A stretch of DNA of 64,000 bases, taken from NCBI RefSeq assembly GCF_033153115.1, contig NW_026889803.1:27404001-27468000 (forward strand). The letters are read 5' to 3'. The notes beneath the pieces are model-generated. The model worked only from the letters and a program-made list of their open reading frames with translations, made no database searches and was not told where the DNA came from. This DNA is from Saccostrea echinata. Lineage: Eukaryota. Positions within the stretch are counted from its first letter, which is position 1; each line of letters begins with the position of its first letter. The translations under genes and the position numbers were made by a program. Shown here in pieces: positions 13,142-39,824 of the stretch.

Positions 13142-14516
13142 TAAGGTCAACTTTAAAATAAAGTTTGTTTGACCTCTCCTGACTCAGGATGGGTTGGTAG
13201 GTAGGTAGGAAATATTTCTTTCCAGAAAATTTCAACATCAATGCTGAATTTTCAAAATCTATTTTCCAGAATGATTAAAACAAGAGGCCCATGGGCCACA
13301 ACGCTCACCTGAGTAACTTTGGCCCTGCTGTTCTTCACCAGACTTTCCCCCATGTAATACACCTATTGTGGTCCCATCCTATCCCAGGGGTCATGATTTT
13401 AACAATTTAGAATCTACACTACCCCAGGATACTTCTACATTAGTTTCAGCTTTTCTGGCCCAGTGGTTCTTGAGAAGAAGATTTTTTAAGATTTTTTCTA
13501 TATATTTCAATGTAAAACTTGGATTCCCTATTGTGGCCCGGCCCTACCCCCGGGGGTCATGCTTTTAACAATTTATATCTACACTACCCCAGGATACTTC
13601 TACATTAGTTTCAGCTTTTCTGGCCCTGTGGTTCTTGAGAAAAAGATTTTTAAAGATTGTTTCTATATATTTCAATGTAAAACTTGGATTCCCTATTGTG
13701 GCCCCGCCCTACCCCCGGGGGTCATGATTTGAACAATTTAGAATCTACACTACCCCAAGATGCTTCCACATTAGTTTCAGCTTTTCTGGCCCAGTGGTTC
13801 TTGAGAAGAAGATTTTTAAAGATTTGTTCTATATATTTCAATGTAAAACTTGGATTCCCCATTGTGGCCCCGCCCTACCCCCTGGGGTCATAATTTTAAC
13901 AATTTAGAATCTACACTACCCCAAGATGCTTCCACATTAGTTTCAGCTTTTCTTGCCCAATGGTTCTTGAGAAGATTTTCAAAGATTTTTTCTATATATT
14001 TCAATGTAAAACTTGGATTCCCTATTGTGGCACCGCCCTACCCCCGGGGGTCATGATTTTAAAAATTTAGAATCTACACTACCCCAGGATGCTTCCACAT
14101 TAGTTTCAGCTTTTCTGGCCCTGTGGTTCTTGAGAAGAAGATTTTTAAAGATTTTTCCTATATATTTCTATGTAAAACATTGATTCCACATTGTGGCCCT
14201 GCCCTACCCCCGGGGGTCATGATTTGAACAATTTAGAATCTACGCTACCCCAGGATGCTTCCATATAAGTTTCAGCTTTACTGGCCCTGTGGTTCTTGAG
14301 AAGAAGATTTTTTAATGACCCCACCCTATTTTTGTCTTCCCTTGATTATCTCCCCTTGTGAGGGGACTTGGCCCTTCATTTTAACAATTTAAATTCCCCT
14401 TCACCCAAGGATGCTTTGTACCAAGTTTGGTCAAAATTGGCCCAGTGGTTCCTTAGAAGAAGTCAAAAATGTGAAAAGTTTACAGACGGACAGACGGACG
14501 GACGACGGACAAAATG

Positions 14517-14549
<33 letters not shown>

Positions 14550-14667
14550 AGTGAGCTAAAAACTAATTGTTTCCTGGAGGTTAAAAGAAAAGTTTTGATT
14601 TGGGCCATTTTTAACCAGTCAGTCGCAAGAGGACAACCAAACAATTTTTTTTTCAAAGATGGTCTTA
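13142..14667. mobile_element. Harbinger-like MITE (TAAGGTCA...TGGTCTTA) interrupted by a HINE
   Basis: Inverted ends TAAGGTCAACTTTAAAATAAAGTTTGTTTGACCTCTC ... GAGGACAACCAAACAATTTTTTTTTCAAAGATGGTCTTA. Same-family ends also occur at ~5211-5340, ~8161-8198 and ~10545-10650. Confidence 0.55.
13279..14560 (+). mobile_element. Helentron-associated non-autonomous element (HINE) with ~166-bp satellite array
   Basis: Starts ACAAGAGGCCCATGGGCCAC, subterminal IR GCTCACCTGAG, 5-6 monomers, (GACG/GACA)n microsatellite, end hairpin GCTCACTTGAGCCTTCGGCTCAAGTGAGC. Inserted in an A/T run with no TSD. Confidence 0.9.
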
Positions 14668-15935
14668 TGGACCTTTTTTTAAATAACTATTCACTTTTTT
14701 GCAAATGAATGAATTGATTTTATTTTGCTTAACATGATTCAGATGAAAGTGTGTCTTTATCTGTTTGTAAACTTATAAAAATTTGAGATTTGGATGCATT
14801 ATTTTTGGAAGGACTAGATCTCTAACCCCCAAATCCCCCAAAATTATAGTCATCAGTTGGCAAACAAGGTGTTAAGAAATGGGGACAGCAGAGATGTATT
14901 TTTGTCCACTTCTAAAGTGCCAAATGGGATACAAAAATTCTTGTCAGCTTTTGTGAATGCACATTTTGGAGCTTTCAGATTTACTAATAACTGGTTTTTA
15001 AATGCACTTTTTGCAAGCAGGATAAGGATATTTTTACTTGTTCTTTTTCATTTGGCAGATATTTTGTATTTTTTAATTCATAATTATCAGTGAGGGTGGT
15101 TTGAGACAAATTATACATTCATATTATACTGGGATTCAAAAAGGGGTTTGCATATTCATGATATGCTTCAAGATAGTCATGACTTGTTGGTAGGTTGTCC
15201 TTTGTCAGCTGCTACTATTTTAAGGAGGTAAAAAAGGTCAAAACTGATGTCATTTAGAAAACCTATCATCCAGTAACCCCCCCCCCCCTCTTTCCCCCAG
15301 TATGGTCTTCTCAGCATGCTCAGTATAGAGTTAAACTTCCCATCAGGTGATTAAATATGTAGAAAAAATTTCCATATCAATTTACTCTATGTAAAATAAT
15401 TCCCGGGGGGGGGGGGGGGGGGTATTCTCTTCATAGAAAACATTCCTTTGGTTTGGAAATCTCAATACTTCATGGAAGAGTTTGTTTTAATATATTTTTC
15501 TCACTAATCCTGATTATTCTTCCTTAGTGATTTGTCATAGTTTAAGAGAAAGTATTCCTGTTTCACCCTAGTTTCCAATTTTGCCTGAGGAGACAGTGGC
15601 ATAGCTAGGAACGAACAGTTCTAAGTGCATGATTGCTCAAAATGACAAGCAGACTGAGTTTGCCCTAAGGCCCACAGTGGGTCCAGGGCAAAGTTCTGGT
15701 TGGGGCCCAGGGGTCAAAACCCCCACAAGAGTCAACTGAAGAAATCAAAAGTTCAGATAGTGATATCTTTAATTGAATTATTTTGGTCTCTTTATAAGTA
15801 TTGATGCACCCATTAATTCCTCAACAAAGTTAAAAGAATAATTCAAGATATCCTAATTGAATTTAAGTGATCAACAGGTGTTCAACTTGTGCTCAGCTGA
15901 TATGCTTTTCTGTGAAGTTGATATACCTATGGATT

Positions 15936-16217
15936 CAGGTCCCTAGCAACGGATTCAAAAGGGGGGCAACTTCCCAAAAAATCTGACAAGCAAAAAAAAA
16001 ACTGACCAAAAGTGGGGGGGGGGGGGTTAACTTCCAAAAATTATCTGACAAGCAAAAAAAAAAGGTATTTTACTGTCCGAATCCTGAAATTTGCCAGTGC
16101 TCGACCTTAAAACATTAAAAGGGGGGGGGGAGGCATTATTTAAAGGAAAATTTACTATAGCAAAATAGTAATACTCAGAAAAAAGTAGCCCCCCCCCCTC
16201 CGCGTTCTACGGGCCTG
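15936..16217. mobile_element. Short hAT-like MITE with 5-bp TSD
   Basis: CAGGTCCCTAGCAACGG ... CGCGTTCTACGGGCCTG, flanked on both sides by GGATT. Confidence 0.65.
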
Positions 16218-17126
16218 GGATTTATGAATTGACTGAATCAAAGGGTTACATTTGTTATATTATTTTCCTCGGAAAAGAAAGACACAACAAATTCATTATA
16301 TATAGGAATTTGTATGTTTTAAAGAGTTTATAAACACATCTTTGGATTTTCCTTAAGTTATTTTTAATAACTCAAGTCAATATCGTAAAATATAATTTTG
16401 CACGTGCAATTTGTTATTATTTCAGTAATTGAATATAAAAACCTTCTAAATCAATTTATATAAATAAATACAACTGTAGTAATTTTTTATTTTTTTATTT
16501 GTCAGCACTAAAACTAATTTAACATGCAAAAAATTTTAAAACTTAACAAAGTACATGGAATGGTATACTAAATTGAACAAGCACTACATTTTAAAACGTG
16601 AACATTGAATGATGTAAATAAATGCACTAACACTAGATTTTAAAATTTGAACTTTGATGTGTTTTTTTTTTTTCCTTAAAAAGTACAATCATTCACGGTC
16701 ATATTTCACAAACACGTCACTTAAAAAAACTTGTCCAGCATATTGTCTGTGCAGTCTTGGATCGCTTCATCACAAGCAAATTTTCAAGTTGTAGAATGAT
16801 TTCTCCAGTCATGGGCTTAAACGTTAATATTTAGCGCTCCATATGTATACATGTATATTTCGCGCAAGGTACTATTTCTGATAGAAAGATAGGCGAAATG
16901 GAAATGTAAAAAACGAAGGTTTTTGTACGCAACTTAAACATTTTTGTTATATTTAATACATGTACTGGAACTTGATATCACCCAAACCCATTTCATTAAT
17001 TTGGCCCTCCTTGATCTTAGGAAAAATTAATCCTAATGAGAATCAGACAAGTTCATTACTCCCTGTATACTCCCATACACATAGGGCCTTGTCTTCCGGA
17101 TTGTTAATTGTAAAATAAATTAATAA

Positions 17127-17304
17127 AATTTTGAATCTTAAATACACTTAAAAGTTGTTAAAATAAAAGATTCTGACACCGACCTTTAGTCAAGAAAAAC
17201 CACTTTTAAAAAAGACGTACCATAACTATATACACATACTCGAAAAGTGTCAGAATCTTTTATTTTAACAACTTTTTAAGTGTATTTAAAGTAGATTCAA
17301 AATT
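17127..17304. repeat. AT-rich inverted repeat (~55-bp arms) upstream of the N4BP1-like gene
   Basis: AATTTTGAATCTTAAATACACTTAAAAGTTGTTAAAATAAAAGATTCTGACAC at 17127-17179 versus its near-exact reverse complement at 17247-17304. Confidence 0.85.
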
Positions 17305-17696
17305 TCAAAATTTTGTTAACTTATTTTACACATTGCCCACACACTAAAATAATGATGAAAAAATCCAGCAGCTACCCAATATGTCTATGTTTCGATGTTG
17401 CATGCGGAAATGTGTATTTGATTGATATTCAAACGAAAACCACTTCTATTTCACGCATATCGGTTTTACGGAACTTCCTATCGGGTTTTCTCTAGAACTT
17501 ATTTTTAAAATTAGGTCTTAGAAACGTTTAAGAGATATACGGGAATACACAACTGTATTTATTAACAATGAAAAGGATTTTCCCCTGTTTTATATTTTCT
17601 TATCGAGACGATCATTCATAATATGAAATCATCTTTATTTTTTACCGTTTGCTCAACATCTTTATATTTGTGAGGACATATCAATCAGTATACAAC

Positions 17697-31546
<13,850 letters not shown>

Positions 31547-34500
31547 ACAGTTCTTGCAATGTGCACCTTCATTTAACACAGGATTGAAGCTTGGCACTGT
31601 TTTCCAGTTCTGACTAGTCTTTTGATCGTCTGATGTAATCAGGTTGTCTCTGTATTAAGAACCAATGTTTGGTTGGAAGCCACTTGGTATAAAATAGTGC
31701 TTTGTGAAAGTGCTGTTCTCCCATTTTCATTTGCAGAATAAAACTTTTTCCATGTAAAGTAACATGTTTAGTAGATAACCAATGTGATAGGAACTATTGA
31801 AGAATCAAGAAAATTACTTTGTTTTATTTGCAAGAACAAGTTTAAGTTTTGAAAAAAAAAAAACCAAAACAACAGCATTAATCATGAAGGATTTAATCAA
31901 AAATATTAATGGAAATATTTTGATGTTTGCACATGTAAATAAGGCAGCATATTGATGAAATGAATCCATATAAATGTAAAGAACACCAGGTAAAAGGAGG
32001 CCTCATTATTTACATTATATATAGATGCACTGTTTACTTTTTTGTGCAATAATTGCCATTATTAAACTTGCTCTTTGAGAGATGTCAATTTATTTAAGAA
32101 ATTTGTTTCATGTTTAGTTTATGAAGGTATTATCTGATACATTTCCACCAGGCACACATATTTCCTCATGAACTTTGAAATACACCATACATTACCAATG
32201 CATTTACATGTACATTCCAAATATTTAATTATTTCATTTGAACACAAAGATGGCGACAGACTGTCTAGGGTTTATTTCCTCATTTTAGATTAGAGCTGTC
32301 TCACTGCAGCGTTATTCCTTGTAGGAATGTGTAAGAATTTCTTTCAAAGGAATCTTAAAAAGAAATCAAATCTTGATTACCTTGCATGAAGTGATTTCAC
32401 CTTCGGATGGACATTGTCAGCCATCTTAACCAGACTAGATCATTATTATTGAACTGTGCAGCTTATCTAGAATGACTGGGTTTTTACTGAATTCATATTC
32501 AATCTGACTAAAAGTCATACATGTTACTTTGTAATTTGTATATAGGGAAGGGTTCAACTTTTTCCCTATAACCCAAGTACTTGGTCCCTTTTCTTGTAAG
32601 TATTTAGGGGCTGGGACACAGATTTGAAGCTCATATTTTCTAAAATTTTGTAAATAATGTTGCTAGAGCATTTCACACTGAAATATATTAAAAGCGTGTT
32701 TAGAAACTTCTAATAAAACTACAAATTTCGGGACATGTTTCATTGACACATATCCTTGCACTTTCACAAAGTAAACTTTATCCATATTACATAAGAAAAG
32801 TAGAAATTTTGTTTTGTATGAATGAAAAATATGAAAACTACTATCCAGAAAATTCAGAGTAGAAATGGGAGAAAGCAAAACCAACTCACCAGTACATGTA
32901 TTGTCAGTCTGTGCTCAGTGATGTGTACAGACTAAACAAATTGAACATACCCGGTAAAACATAAACACTAACAATAACCAAGTCTGTGCCCTGTTTACAG
33001 ACACAGGTGTTTGACGTGATGTTATTGTCATTGAATTCTTAGATTATTCATGTAAGTTGAAATCATTAAACTAAAGTTATTTTTGAAAAAAATAGACATT
33101 TAAAATTGTAAAGTTTGCATACTGTGTCCAGGCCCCTTTAAAGAAACATACTATTTTGTTACATATGAAAAATTCATGATTGATATGGACCAAGACTTTT
33201 TACAAAGGCATACTTGCTAGTAATTCTGTTGGTGTGGAAAAACTAACATTAATCACTGTGATATTTAAAATCCACATGTAGTATAAATTGAAGTTTGTTC
33301 ATAGGCCCTGCCTCAAGATCTGGGTGCCCTAAAGTACTAGAAATCACCTGGTCCATCCAACACAATAACTTAACTTTTCACCCCCGAGACTTTATTTTGA
33401 CCTCAAAGATGGTAAGATTCCTTCAGCATAATTTTTGGGTCAGATGTCTTTCTGGGTCAGATGTCAAAGGTCAGGTTCAAAGTACAATCACCATTGTACA
33501 TTTATATGTACAATGTAATGCTAACACTACTCTTTTTTTATACTAAAAACTTTTTTCTTTAGAAAGAGAAATACTTAAGGGGTCATTTGATTAGATGTCA
33601 AGGTCAAAGTTTGACATTGATATTCGTCATGGTCATTGTGATGCAATAAATTGAAGGTTCTTGTAACTTTCACACTTCACATTTACTGTATAGGTGCAAA
33701 ATGCCTTTGAAACAAGATAATTGATACAAGTACCATGCATGGCCCCGTATGATTTTTTCAGTGTCTGTACTATTTACAGGAAAAGTATACACCTATAAGT
33801 TTAATGCAAATGTCTTCATTTCCATTCTGTTAATCTGTGACTCCATTTCTAAGCAAAGAAAGCACAGATCACAATAAAACCCACTAGCTCTGATCATTCC
33901 TTATTCCATTATGTTTCACATCAAGATCTGTGGGGGTTTTTTTTGTTGTAATACACATAAAGTACTAGCATTCACATTCCAAATTTGCACAAAATCCATC
34001 GTACATTGCAAAATAGTTGTAAAAGGAAGGAAGTCTATGTATTTATATCAAGAGGATGTAAATCTTTCTTCACAGACTGGATACTGTTTTCACATCAACA
34101 AAACTAATGTTTCAGTTTCTTAAATCTTTATTGAAACATGAAAACAACTGTTGGTCAACCGAGAGACACATCACATTTTTAATTTAAATTCATTCTGACA
34201 ACATCAGGATATAAGCTATTCATAATCAACCATTAACAAAATGTAAGCATGTGCCTTGATTTGCACAAGTGTAATATATACATTTGCAATTAAATTTAAA
34301 AGTATAACTTTTTTCCTTTAAGTGACAAAATTGATGCAAAGTTTTTTGAATGGTATAAAAGGTAGCACATTGTACATACAAATTCAAATACAAATATCTG
34401 TGCTTCCTAAAATAATGTCCATATGGTGTTCTTCAGCAACTGGCATTCATGCAAATGAAGAATAATTTTTAAACTACATTATTTATTTTTTAATGTAAGA

Positions 34501-35421
34501 AGTGAAAACATAGATATGTGCCTCGTAAATAAGGCATCAATGCACTAGCTTCAGCAATTACATTTGCTAAACACTCACAATTACACCAAGCAAATAAAAA
34601 AAAATGTCCATTCCCAGATTTCATTCATCTCTTAACAATTACATGCATAGGGAAATGTTTTCAACCTGAATTTAGAAAATAGCAAGTGTAAAAGAAAAAT
34701 TCTAATAAAAATAAATGTTTACATTGCTACATAGAATTAAAAAGACACTTAAGAACACATACTTTGGAAATGAAAATGCCATAAACAAAAAAACATTTTT
34801 CTTCAAGTATTATATATAAAAATTTTCCAAGCAAAAATTACCCGGTAACTGAAGATTAAATTTTATGAGGGAGAATGGTTTACAGGTTACTGAAATATTT
34901 GTATGTATGAAAAAATAGAAAGACTAGACAATGTGTAACAATAGCAGATATATAACATAAATCTTGTATGATTTAATATAAATCAATTAACTTTGTAAGA
35001 TATGCAAGGCTGTAAAAAGTGCACAGTCTGTAAGTGAATACAGCTGAGGCGCTGACATGTATTGTTGTTCACCAGTAGTAACTTCAGTAGTAGAAGAGAG
35101 TAACCATAAATGTACACAAAGGCTTTTCTCTAACCATGAAGTGCAGACACCAGATTCTTGATCAAGTGTCTGAAAAACAAAAAACCAGATGTGAATTTTA
35201 CAGCAATTGTGCAAAAAATCTAATGAGTCTAAAGTTCAGATGAAATATGAAAGACAACTGTACAAATATAGGATTTAGGGTGACATCCACATAAATCAAT
35301 GCACCTTTTTTGGTTACCCTAACAGCAAAGTGAGAAATAAATAACAACACTCTTAAGGATCAGTTCTGCACCAATTTAGAATACAATGCTTACAGGCACA
35401 ATTTTTTTTTCAGAAAGACTT

Positions 35422-38400
35422 TCAACGTTGAGTTTTGAGGGTTACGGGTTTATACACAGGGGCCTTTGAGCGAGGTAGAGGTGGATTTCCAATGATGATA
35501 TCCGCTGCTTTTTCAGCAATCATAATTGTAGGTCCATTTAAGTTGCCACTAACAACACTAGGCATTATGGAGGCATCAACAACCCTCAATCCCTCTACAC
35601 CATACACTCGTGTACTGGGATCTACGACAGCCATGGGATCCGTCTCTGATCCCATCTTACATGTACATGAAGGATGATAGGCACTGTCTGCCATATTTCG
35701 ATTATATTCATCAATCTGTTTGTCAGTCTGGACACTGTCCCCTGGAGCTAATTCTGGACCTCTGAAGGAATCAAACGCCTTCTGTTGGAAGATCTCTCTT
35801 GTTAGCTTTATGCTGTCTCTCATTTCCCGTATATCCAACTCTGTTGTAAGGTAATTTGCAACCAAACGGGGATGCTCTTTGGGATCAGCAGATTTCAACT
35901 TAAGGTATCCTCTACTCGTTGGGCGCATTGGTCCTACATGAGCTTGGTAAGCATGTCTATCTCCTGGTTTCCTTCCATGGTCATTGACGGTAGAGGGAAG
36001 GAAATGGTACTGAATGTTGGGATGTTCGACTCCTGGCTCACTCCGGATAAATCCTCCAGCTTCCAGATGAGCTGTTGCTCCATCCCCTGTCTGCCTGAGA
36101 AACCATTCAAGACCAATCTTAATCATCACATGAGGAAACTTCCATTGGGCCTTGTAAAGTGTGATAGGCTTTTTACACTCTTGTTGAACATAGACTTCCA
36201 GATGATCCTGGAGGTTTTCACCAACCCCTGGTAGATGCTGAACAACTGGAATATCCAATTTTCGTAGATCATCTGCATTTCCAATTCCAGACAGCATTAG
36301 TAGCTGAGGAGAATTGATTGCCCCACCACTGAGTATGATTTCTTCTCCATAGACTGTCTGGATATCAGAATGCCTTTCATATTCTATTCCTACTGCCCGC
36401 TTGCCATTAAATATGATGCGTCTTGAAAGAGCACTGTTCAGTGTAGTCAGGTTGGCTCTTTCTTTTAAAATAGGATGTAGATATGCTGCAGCAGAACTGC
36501 ATCTCTTGCCTTTACCAATTGACATGTCCATCCATCCAAATCCCTCTTGTTGGAAGCCATTCATATCATCTGTGTATGGGTATCCTGCTTGAATTCCAGC
36601 TTCTATAAAAGCATTGAAGAGAGGGTTGTTCGTCTTTCCTCGGGATACCTGGAGTGGACCATCACCCCCTCTATAATCATTTGCTCCTAATTCATGGCAC
36701 TGAGCTTTACGGAAGTATGGTAGGCAGTCAGCATAGGACCAGCCCTTTGCTCCTTCTTTTTCCCACCTATCATAGTCCAGAGCATGACCTCGGATGTAGA
36801 CCATTGCATTGAGGGCTGAGGAGCCTCCCCAGACTCGCCCTCTGGGCCAATACATGACACGGTTGTTCATGCCTTTTTCTGGCTCGGTATGGTAATACCA
36901 GTTGTACTTGTCATCACATAAATTATACATTAAAGCAGCAGGCATGTAAATCTTCCAGGAATCCCAAGCCCACAGGTCACGAGGTCCTGCCTCCAGAAGG
37001 AGGACACTTTTAGCTCGGTCAGCAGTCAAGCGATTTGCTAAAGTGCACCCAGCAGAGCCAGCCCCAACAATAATGTAGTCATATTTGTTCTCCTTAGAGG
37101 ATATATGATCCATTCGCTGACTAGATGTGCTAAAATATCTACGAGGCTGATGTAAATGAGAAGCTCTCGATGATGATGATGGAAAGCTTGAAGCAAATAA
37201 TTTCCTACCTGCTCTCTGAGCTTGCTGTTTTGTGTTTTCAGTATAATTTTCATTTTGAAGAATAATATCAGAAATCCCTTCTATGCTAGGAATGATACTG
37301 TCTGCATACAGCTTCAACTGTTCCTCTGAACCCACGCCTGATAAAACTCCGATTTTCTGCTTGACGAAAGCAGACTGTCCCATCTGTAGATCTCCAACAG
37401 AATCTCCCACAACAATAGTTCTAGATGGACTAACATGTAGTTCATCACAAATCAACAAAGTGTTATGTCCTGATGGACGAGGCTGAGAAATTGGATCATC
37501 CCCACATATTAGCATATCCACATATTTAGTTAAACCCAAGTTCATCAAGTCTGAAATCACAAATTCTCTTGGTTCACCAGTATTAATGGCAATTTTCATT
37601 CCATTTTGCTTCAGTTCTCGGAACAATCCCTCAATATTGGAACACAGTGGTGATGGTTCAGCTTTCAGAATGACGTCTGCTTCTCTCCATATCTGGTTGA
37701 CAATCATGATGGCTTCCTGGTAGAATATCCCCTCCCTCCTCAGAGCCTCTACCAGGGCCCCTCTGACCTCTGATGGAGTGCCCTCTGATAGGACCCCATG
37801 CATCACTCGAGTAGCCTCTTTATTTAATCCAAGTAACCTACTGACTTTTTCTGACATGTCCAATCCAGTCATTTGCTTCAATCTAGAAAAAAATTAGAAA
37901 TATTTCTATTAAAAATTTATACAGTTTTAATAATTTCCAAGGCCAAAAAACGACCAGATTACAATTATCAAAAAAATAAAAATTATAACCGAGATGCAAA
38001 ACTCCTGAGAAAAATGAATAAAATTACTTCAGTATCAGGAGGTAACTCTCTTAAAATTTGACTTCATTAACAATGTAACTTACTACTAAACAATTATTTT
38101 ACCTAGAACAGAGAAATTCCACAAATTTGGGATATTTCCTATGTATACAGATGAGAGTTCCATGAAAATCAAATATCACCAAGTCTGCCGGGGCTTTCTT
38201 TGTGTTGGGTATAGGGGTATCCTGCTCAGTGGGTTCCACCAAAAACCTCTCATACTGGGAATAGGCGTAGCAACTCTTCAGGTCCTCTGAAGGTAAAATC
38301 AGGGGTAAAATATCCTCAATGTCATTGACTACATGGTCAGCATGAGGCAGCAAATCTCCTGTCTGCCCCACCCCACTTAGGACTCCCACACTCCACCCCA

Positions 38401-39824
38401 GCTTTGCTGACTTTCCTAGAAGCATGTCTGTTTTAGTATCTCCCACCATTACTGCATCAGATGGATCAATTCCCAGTTTCTCACAGATCTTCAATGCATT
38501 GTATGGAGCAGGTTTTGGTTCCGTATCGGGATCATCTCCACAAATGACATGCTCAAAGTACTTTGTTAAGCCTAGTTCCTGTAGCAAGGCATCTGTACCT
38601 TTGCGGTTGTCAGATGTAATGAGAGCTATTTTGACTTTGTTTTTCTGTAGGATTTTGAAGAGAGTCTCTAGATCTCCAAGCTTTTTCATTTCCTCTGGGT
38701 TTGTGACATTGCCCTCGGACCACACCGAGTCTAGAATTTCTCGTACTTGTGATTCTTCCATTCCCTCTCCAACCAACATCTTTGTCATTTCATCCTGAAG
38801 TATAAACAATCTTGTATATTTTCTGTAGTATTACCAATTTTTGTTTTGGAAGATAATATATAAATGATTTATTTACAAAAATAACCTTATCTATGACAAC
38901 AAGATGTGTTGGTGAAACACTATGTCTCAGACATCAACAGATTTCCTCCATTTTACATTTGACCTTGAAAGGGGGGAGGAATAAGGGTCAAGAGATTGAG
39001 ATACACTGTAACTGTCATACCTTGATCTCGCCAGATGTGGCTTCTGCCAGAAGTCCTGGCATCACCCTTTGTTTCTTGGTGCAAAAACCAAGGACATCAT
39101 AAATCTTGTCCTGGATCCCTTTACGACCAGTCGCTTCTTCAATACTGGAACAGAAATAACAATTTATTCATACAGGTTCACTACAGAGTACCATAGTTCA
39201 AACAGAAAAAGGAAATCATGTTATTCTTTAGCTTTCTCAAATGGGACTTTTCCATAGCGTTTTAGTGTGACATCTGATTTTTTTTTTTCTTTTTCTATAC
39301 AAATACTCTTAATATTGTAATCTGTTAACCTTTTGCATCTAAGTTTTCTGAATTATGAAAAAAAGGCTAACATTCAGAGACACTTTAAATTTACAAAAAA
39401 AAAAAATATATATATATACCTTGTGACTAATTTTTTGGCCCAAGGTGTCCACATTGAGTGAAAACATATTAGAGTGCCATCTTTGTCAAAAATGACAAGA
39501 GATGCTTTCTTAACTTTGTCTGTACGGCGTTTGACATTATTGACTGTAACACTGCCTTGGAAACTGGCTGCTGACCAAGACACATTCCTGGATTTCAAAG
39601 GCTTTCCCTGTTTATCTGTTTCAGAAAATATAATAATTAAAAGTACAGTTTTGATCAATTATGACTAATCACAATCTTCTGGATGTTGTTAATTAAAGCT
39701 TACATGATTTTCTTGAGATGCTGCATCCTACTGCAGTTGTATGAAGAGATCTGGACTGCACAAACCGCTGGGCTTGATAAGATCTCGTCATTACACGACG
39801 CAACAAATGTGTTCCTGACATCAT
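35422..39824 (-). CDS. CHDH: Mitochondrial fusion protein: presequence + 2x HAD-like hydrolase + choline dehydrogenase (GMC oxidoreductase), ~1197 aa, 5 coding exons
   Basis: Exons 39824-39704, 39615-39420, 39144-39021, 38794-38103 and 37882-35422 have GT/AG junctions and join in frame (3594 nt). HAD1 motifs: [28 protein letters not shown]2 motifs: [28 protein letters not shown]/BetA-CHDH motifs: [83 protein letters not shown]. Confidence 0.92.

Noticed and set aside
13368-14559. Repeated short ORFs (…AFLAQWFLRRRF…), also at 18787, 23253, 24091 and 24925
   Set aside because: Translations of HINE satellite monomers and termini, not genes.
35422-37100. Bacterial betA contamination or recent horizontal transfer
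   Set aside because: The exon is spliced to upstream exons with canonical introns, has host-like composition and carries mitochondrial presequence features. A phylogeny would be needed to exclude ancient transfer.
35435-38798. Plus-strand ORFs antisense to the HAD-CHDH gene, and similar shadow ORFs over N4BP1, CENPL and GLG1
   Set aside because: Antisense or alternative-frame shadows of real coding exons with no recognisable motifs.
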